From a virus (Duplodnaviria; Caudoviricetes), in the IMG/VR virus record IMGVR_UViG_3300019360_000027, positions 1 through 31,401 of that record: a stretch of DNA of 31,401 nt, one strand, 5' to 3'. Under the pieces are notes generated by a model, which was given only the letters and a program-made list of their open reading frames with translations, was not told where the DNA came from and did no database searches. Numbering within the stretch: the stretch's first letter is position 1; the number at the start of each line of letters is the position of its first letter. Both the position numbers and the translations under genes were made by a program. This document shows positions 27,134 to 31,401 of this stretch, one piece after another.

Positions 27134-27285
27134 CAGTCCCCATGCCCACCCGGCTCCCGCATGATGCGATAGCGCGCGACAACCTTGCAGCCGGGGCACT
27201 GCGCAAAAACCCAGCCGCTCGGTAGCGCGGGCCGATAGCCCTGCGGTCGTCCGCGCCGCCCGCCGCTCCTGCGCCGCCGCTTCAT
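27091..27285 (-). CDS. Small basic zinc-ribbon protein
   Basis: AGGAG 5 nt before ATG 27285; CPGC and CPSC pairs; Arg-rich N-terminus. Confidence 0.65.
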   Translation of the reverse strand: MKRRRRSGGRRGRPQGYRPALPSGWVFAQCPGCKVVARYRIMREPGGHGDWWLSCPSCGLLRAR

Positions 27286-27293
27286 GCATACTC

Positions 27294-27617
27294 CTATCCC
27301 TCCCCGCCCAACGCCCGCGATGGCGCGCCCATGGCCCGCGCCTCCAACTCAGCCACGCGGGTTTTTAAATCGGCCACGTCGTTGGCGAGCGTATCGAGGC
27401 GCACTGCCAGCGGCTCGACGAGCGCCGCCGCCTCCTGTGCGGCGAAGATCGTGGCATCACTCGCCAGCTTGCCTAAACGGATCTTGATGTCGCTCACGTC
27501 GTCCTGCATCTGTGTCAGCACCGTGTTCAGGTGACTGATTGTCTCGAAGTACGCAGCCTGAACTTCGCGCCGGGCGCCCCGCCCGAGCTTTGTTGCCGAT
27601 TTTCGAAACTCATGCAT
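27294..27617 (-). CDS. Coiled-coil hypothetical protein in lysis cluster
   Basis: Heptad pattern LDTLANDVADLKTRVAELEAR; start could also be GTG 27638. Confidence 0.6.
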   Translation of the reverse strand: MHEFRKSATKLGRGARREVQAAYFETISHLNTVLTQMQDDVSDIKIRLGKLASDATIFAAQEAAALVEPLAVRLDTLANDVADLKTRVAELEARAMGAPSRALGGEG

Positions 27618-27619
27618 GA

Positions 27620-27934
27620 CTAGGATCGCCCTCGCCACAGCCGCGCAGCGTCGAGCAGCAGGTGCGCCCCACCGAGAGCTAGCCCAGCCCAGAGCAGCCG
27701 GTCAAGGTGCGCTTGCCGCGCTTGCCGCTCGGCTCGATCCGCCTTATCCTGCTCCTCCAGAGCCACAACCCGCTGTGAGAGGCCAAGCAGACCACCAGCA
27801 ACCATCTGGCGCAGCGTGCCCAGCGTGCCGTGCAGCGTGGCGATCTCGTTGAGCAGCACGGCACCCTCCGACGCCGGGGCGAGTGCTGGCTCAGGGGTGG
27901 CGGTGTCGCGGTAGAGGTTCTCGTTGGACATCAC
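27620..27934 (-). CDS. Coiled-coil protein with C-terminal TM helix (holin-like candidate)
   Basis: LSQRVVALEEQD coiled coil then LLWAGLALGGAHLLL; near endolysin. Confidence 0.55.
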   Translation of the reverse strand: MMSNENLYRDTATPEPALAPASEGAVLLNEIATLHGTLGTLRQMVAGGLLGLSQRVVALEEQDKADRAERQARQAHLDRLLWAGLALGGAHLLLDAARLWRGRS

Positions 27935-28245
27935 GTCCCCCCGCCGACGTAGACGTTGATCGTCACCACATCACGGCCGGCGGCCATATCAATACGCACG
28001 TCGCCGGTTGCGGCGTTCGCCATATTGATTACCGCTGCCCGCAGCTCGGGCGTGTCTCTCAGCATCGCCTCAACAACGGACGGTTGCATCGCCCCAGACG
28101 CCGCAGCCGCTAGCACGCGGTCAAGCAGTGGGGCGTGCAGATCAAAGGCGATCCGCTGCGCCTGCTCTTCGCGCAGCAGCCGCAGGGTGATATGGTCGCC
28201 ACGGCGCGCAGCTGCGACTTTCTGGCGGAAGGCGCTCACGCCCAC
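27931..28245 (-). CDS. Hypothetical protein (104 aa)
   Basis: Overlaps endolysin stop and next start; C-terminal IDMAAGRDVVTINVY. Confidence 0.55.
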   Translation of the reverse strand: MGVSAFRQKVAAARRGDHITLRLLREEQAQRIAFDLHAPLLDRVLAAAASGAMQPSVVEAMLRDTPELRAAVINMANAATGDVRIDMAAGRDVVTINVYVGGGT

Positions 28246-28964
28246 TGCCCCGTCACGGTGTCTGTGGCCTCACTCCAGAGCAACCAGCCACGCTCAAACA
28301 CGCGTAGCGCCACGCGCTGCGGTGATAGGCCCGCAGTGAACTCGTCAGAAGTGGCCGCGCCGAACTGGGCCGCTCGCGGGAGCCAGTAGGCGGGAATGGC
28401 AAAGCCCCGCTGCTCGACCGGCAGCGGGTATGCATCGCCCCACGCGGCCCACGGGTCGGCCGGCGCCTTCGCCGCCTGCCAGGTCGCAACGGCCCTGCGC
28501 ACCGCGGCGATGTACTGAGCCGGCTTGTTGTTGTCGCTGCTTGGGGCGTACTTGGGGATAACGGCCTCAACCGTCTTGAGGCCAGCGCCTTCGTAGATTG
28601 CACTGCGCAGCAGGGTGAGGAAGTCGCGTAGACCGTCTGCCCACGTCGCGTACCAGGCAAAGTTGCCCTTGCCCTCAGAACCGACGATCGGCCCGACGTG
28701 GGTAGCGCGGCCCTGCGACTTCCTGAGGTTGCCCCAATTCTTCGTCGCTCGGGCAACGCTCTTCGTGCCGAGCGAGCTCTCGTGCAGGAAGAAGGCGAGG
28801 GCGATGGCGGGATCAACGCGAAAGTCGAGGCAGATGCGATACAGGGTATCCTCGCCGTTCTCGCGAGCGGCGGGAGAGTTGGCCGCCGTGAGGATAGCGG
28901 CAAACTGCGCAGCGGAGATGCGGGGGGAGGAGAGAATGGGGAGGGGCGCGGGAAGTGCGGCCAT
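28236..28964 (-). CDS. Endolysin: glucosaminidase (GH73/lysozyme-like) domain plus C-terminal wall-binding-like repeat
   Basis: VDPAIALAFFLHESSLG (catalytic Glu), NWGNL, YATWADG, PKYAP...Y motifs; C-terminal FGAATSDEF...VFERGWLLW; GAGGT RBS. Confidence 0.82.
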   Translation of the reverse strand: MAALPAPLPILSSPRISAAQFAAILTAANSPAARENGEDTLYRICLDFRVDPAIALAFFLHESSLGTKSVARATKNWGNLRKSQGRATHVGPIVGSEGKGNFAWYATWADGLRDFLTLLRSAIYEGAGLKTVEAVIPKYAPSSDNNKPAQYIAAVRRAVATWQAAKAPADPWAAWGDAYPLPVEQRGFAIPAYWLPRAAQFGAATSDEFTAGLSPQRVALRVFERGWLLWSEATDTVTGQWA

Positions 28965-28967
28965 CGC

Positions 28968-29052
28968 GGCAACCTCGTTGCGAGGTAGCCACCGCGCTTG
29001 TGCATGGAATACTCCCGTAACCTTCGCTTCAAGCGCGGCGGCTACGGGAGTA
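28968..29052 (-). promoter_or_regulatory. Structured 5' leader with mutually exclusive stems over the endolysin RBS
   Basis: Three overlapping inverted repeats (see findings). Confidence 0.6.
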
Positions 29053-29057
29053 GCTAA

Positions 29058-29066
29058 AGTATACCA
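29058..29066 (-). promoter_or_regulatory. Extended -10 promoter candidate (TGGTATACT) for lysis/packaging operon
   Basis: TGn-TATACT; predicted +1 near 29051 coincides with the start of the structured leader. Confidence 0.55.
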
Positions 29067-29132
29067 TAATGAGGCAACAGCAAGCTGGCGCTCGACTGCT
29101 GCCGATCGTTACAATCCGGTTATACGGCGTGG

Positions 29133-29831
29133 CTACGGCGCAAGATAGCCTTGTGCTTGCACCTCAACACGCGCCGTTGCTAGATTGTCGTTGAACGTCT
29201 TCAGCGAGTAGGTGCCAGTCGCCCCGGCCGCAAGTGTGCTCGGGCTTGTAAAACTGTTTTCGAGATCAACCACGTTGCCAGCGAGGTCGTAGAACGTCGC
29301 GACCACCTCGACGCCGCGCATCTCCAGTTCCTCAGGATTGCGCACATCGCCGAAAACCTCGAGCCCGAAGTTGTCGCGGGCTTGTATATTCAGAATGGTC
29401 ACATCGCGATAGGCGAGCGACGAGCTTGAGTTCACGTCGGTAACGGCGATCGTGAAGGCGGCCGCTGTCGCTGGCGGGTTGCCGATGTAGACTGAAAACG
29501 GGCTGCGCCGGCCTGGCCCAACCTGTGTAAGCGTGGCAAAGGTATCTTCGACCGCAACGAGCTGGCCGCCCGCATCGAGCAATCGCGCAGTGATCTCGAC
29601 AAAGAATACCGGGCTGGCGGTCGGGTTGATAACCTCGCCGATGATGTTCCAATAGCCGCTATACCGCTGGATACGCGTGCTGCGCACCTGCACCTCGTCG
29701 GCCGCAACGGGTGGGCTGACGTTCGTGAGCTCGGCCTGGGCAAGCAAGGGCAGGCTCACACGAAACGGCGGCTGGGCCTGAGCCGGCACGGCGAGCAGCA
29801 AGAGGAAAAGCAGTGGGAGTAAGTGGCGCAT
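29133..29831 (-). CDS. Secreted protein with two FxLYD-type domains
   Basis: Signal peptide ending AQA, VSLPLL motif, IIGEVIN...ARLLDAGGQLV and VFGDVRN...ATFYDLAGNVV repeats. Confidence 0.8.
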   Translation of the reverse strand: MRHLLPLLFLLLLAVPAQAQPPFRVSLPLLAQAELTNVSPPVAADEVQVRSTRIQRYSGYWNIIGEVINPTASPVFFVEITARLLDAGGQLVAVEDTFATLTQVGPGRRSPFSVYIGNPPATAAAFTIAVTDVNSSSSLAYRDVTILNIQARDNFGLEVFGDVRNPEELEMRGVEVVATFYDLAGNVVDLENSFTSPSTLAAGATGTYSLKTFNDNLATARVEVQAQGYLAP

Positions 29832-29851
29832 CGGCGAGCCCTTTCCGTGCC

Positions 29852-30337
29852 TCACATGAATGGCAATCGAGGCTTCGCTGCGTATGGTTCAACTATCGAG
29901 TATGGTACAACCCGGAGACCGTTTAGGCGCAGGAGCTTATGGTCATATGTGTAAAATACATACGCCGAATATAATTGAGCCGTGGCTAAGTGAATAGCAT
30001 CAACACCACTTACCTTGTAAGGGTTATTACTCCTCAACTCGCGAACTTGCCGCATAATAGAACGAGCAAGTCGCGCGATGCCTTCATGAAACTCGACAAT
30101 GCCAATGATGGTGGTATTATTCCATAGCTCGTCTATAAGCGCTTCGTCGTCATCTTCTCCTTCAAGGTAAGAAACCTCAGCGATGGAGACCGCAGATGTA
30201 ATGATGCGTTGCTCTCGCTGATTGTCTTTAACCTCATCGAGCATGGACTCAATAATGGTTGCTCGATCTGGGTGATTTTCCAGGTAACTCAGGAATACAC
30301 AGCTATCCCAATAGCTAAAGCGCAGAATCTTCGTCAT
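29852..30337 (-). CDS. PIN-domain (VapC-like) ribonuclease
   Basis: WDSCVFL, SIAEV, DAIHLATA, TYDHKL acidic PIN motifs. Confidence 0.88.
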   Translation of the reverse strand: MTKILRFSYWDSCVFLSYLENHPDRATIIESMLDEVKDNQREQRIITSAVSIAEVSYLEGEDDDEALIDELWNNTTIIGIVEFHEGIARLARSIMRQVRELRSNNPYKVSGVDAIHLATAQLYSAYVFYTYDHKLLRLNGLRVVPYSIVEPYAAKPRLPFM

Positions 30338-31094
30338 CGCGCATGCTCCGAATGCGTTTTTCTGGCTCTAGCCCCCCAGCTGGCACTTTCCAACGACCGC
30401 GCAAGCCGAGGTAGCTCTCCGGCTCGACTTCCTTGAGGATTGTCACGTCCGTAATTTGCCGCATTACCTCTGGGCGCCACTGCTCCGCATCACGCCCAAC
30501 ATTTCCGTGCACAAGTACTAGCCTACCCCACGCATCACGCATCAGTTCTTCTTGTCCAACTGAGAGGTAACACGAGACTGGGGTATCATTGAGGAGATCA
30601 TATAACACGAAGCGCAATCCACGCCGGCGACTGAGTGTTTCCACTCGACCGCGCAAGGCGCCCATACTGTAACGAAGCGTAACTGGGGCCTTGTCAACCT
30701 GGATTTCCTCGCGCACAAGCAGCGCCTCACCAAGAACTGATTCGAGGCGCACGGATTCAATGGACCGAAGGCGGGGGAGATCTCCGATCATTCTGCCCCA
30801 ATGCTGGACGGACTTGGTGTGACCCTCAAGTGGCAGGTGGCGCGCGATAAGCTGGGTCGTGTCGTGATATGACTGGACTGTACCAACAACAATCTGCGGC
30901 TCTGGCGCCGCAATATGGGTACTAACGAGCGTACTTCCAACTTGCAAGTCTTCCACGTCAAGCGTGATTTTAGCCTTGCGATCCACTTCCGTCGAAAGCG
31001 CCCGCACGAATTTATTAAAGCGACGCATCGCTTCGGCGAAGTCGCCTGCATCGATGGTTCCGTTCAACTTGATAGTTAGGGTGTCGTCAGCCAC
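30315..31094 (-). CDS. Hypothetical protein, upstream partner of the PIN gene (possible C-terminal OB-like domain)
   Basis: GGGAGG before GTG; overlaps PIN start by 23 nt; ends EPEKRIRSMRDDE, resembling antitoxin tails. Confidence 0.75.
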   Translation of the reverse strand: MADDTLTIKLNGTIDAGDFAEAMRRFNKFVRALSTEVDRKAKITLDVEDLQVGSTLVSTHIAAPEPQIVVGTVQSYHDTTQLIARHLPLEGHTKSVQHWGRMIGDLPRLRSIESVRLESVLGEALLVREEIQVDKAPVTLRYSMGALRGRVETLSRRRGLRFVLYDLLNDTPVSCYLSVGQEELMRDAWGRLVLVHGNVGRDAEQWRPEVMRQITDVTILKEVEPESYLGLRGRWKVPAGGLEPEKRIRSMRDDEDSAL

Positions 31095-31224
31095 AAGTCA
31101 CCTCCCCTGATGCAAGTTTGCTGGAGAGGTCCATGGTAGCACAGGCGTGTGTCACATACTGTCAATTTCACAAACTTTTGTTCTAAATTGTAACCCGGCC
31201 TTACCATTTGCCAGCGGCGCCCCG

Positions 31225-31233
31225 TGCTATACT
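31225..31233 (+). promoter_or_regulatory. Extended -10 promoter candidate (TGCTATACT)
   Basis: 28 nt upstream of the ATG at 31262, which is preceded by GGAG. Confidence 0.5.
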
Positions 31234-31261
31234 CGGCGTCCTTTTCGTCTTGTTTGGAGCT

Positions 31262-31401
31262 ATGATGCGTACCCTACTCGCCGTCGTCGCCACCGCTTCA
31301 ACCATCCTCATTGCCGGCATCCCTCAGGGCGATGCCCGCTGGTGGATTGCCCTGCTCACCATCGTCGCGGTCTGGTTGCTCTGGGTACTCGGCGGCCGGG
31401 A
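31262..31401 (+). CDS. 5' part of a small membrane protein (runs off the window)
   Basis: GGAG then ATGATG; MMRTLLAVVATASTILIAGIPQGDARWWIALLTIVAVWLLWVLGGR, two hydrophobic helices. Confidence 0.6.
   Translation, partial: MMRTLLAVVATASTILIAGIPQGDARWWIALLTIVAVWLLWVLGGR

Larger units (their letters stand above)
1876..28964 (-). mobile_element. Phage/prophage late region (lysis, DNA packaging, head, tail) of a siphovirus-like tailed phage; element boundaries not visible
   Basis: About 28 co-directional, mostly translationally coupled genes in canonical order TerS-TerL-portal-protease-capsid-tail tube-chaperone-tape measure-Dit-Tal; no sheath gene recognised. Confidence 0.95.

Noticed and set aside
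27134-27289. Long N-terminal extension of the secreted protein from ATG 27289
   Set aside because: SD spacing fits ATG 27285 (zinc-ribbon frame); the extension would bury the signal peptide
1876-28964. Gene transfer agent interpretation
   Set aside because: Cannot be supported from this window; morons and long tape measure fit an ordinary temperate phage, and conservation across host strains would be needed
28253-29032. 259-aa alternative-frame ORF over the endolysin
   Set aside because: Arg/Ser/Pro-rich composition with no motifs; the endolysin frame has catalytic motifs and an SD
31133-31165. TTGACA as -35 for the PIN-partner promoter
   Set aside because: Spacer to TACCAT is 21 nt, too long for a sigma70-type promoter
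1-31401. CRISPR array, tRNA/rRNA, integrase/att, IS element, diversity-generating retroelement, contractile tail
   Set aside because: No repeat-spacer array, RNA gene pattern, recombinase, transposase, reverse transcriptase, TR/VR pair or sheath gene recognised by eye

Overview
High-GC window holding almost the whole late (lysis and virion) region of a long non-contractile-tailed (siphovirus-like) phage or prophage, transcribed on the minus strand. The order is: glucosaminidase endolysin and small membrane/coiled-coil genes, TerS, TerL, portal, MuF-like head protein, HK97-gp10-like protein, ADP-ribosyltransferase, prohead protease/scaffold, major capsid, two GT2 glycosyltransferases, DUF1360-like protein, virion accessory proteins, head-tail connector, tail tube fused to an Asp-box propeller, tail chaperones, tape measure, Dit-like and Tal-like proteins. 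Accessory genes flank it: a DUF3761 membrane protein on the left; an FxLYD protein and an AT-richer PIN toxin/partner pair on the right. Protein style (LPLV motifs, Pro/Thr linkers, FERG-type repeat) suggests a Chloroflexota host (inference). No integrase, att site, RNA gene or CRISPR array was recognised. The most notable observations are: a two-state RNA switch that can hide the endolysin ribosome-binding site; a promoter/GNRA-hairpin/terminator leader in front of the head genes; a probable +1 (UUU-CGA) tail-chaperone frameshift; glycosyltransferases directly behind the capsid gene; a head-module ADP-ribosyltransferase; and three nested in-frame starts. All product calls come from motif recognition and gene order, not database searches.
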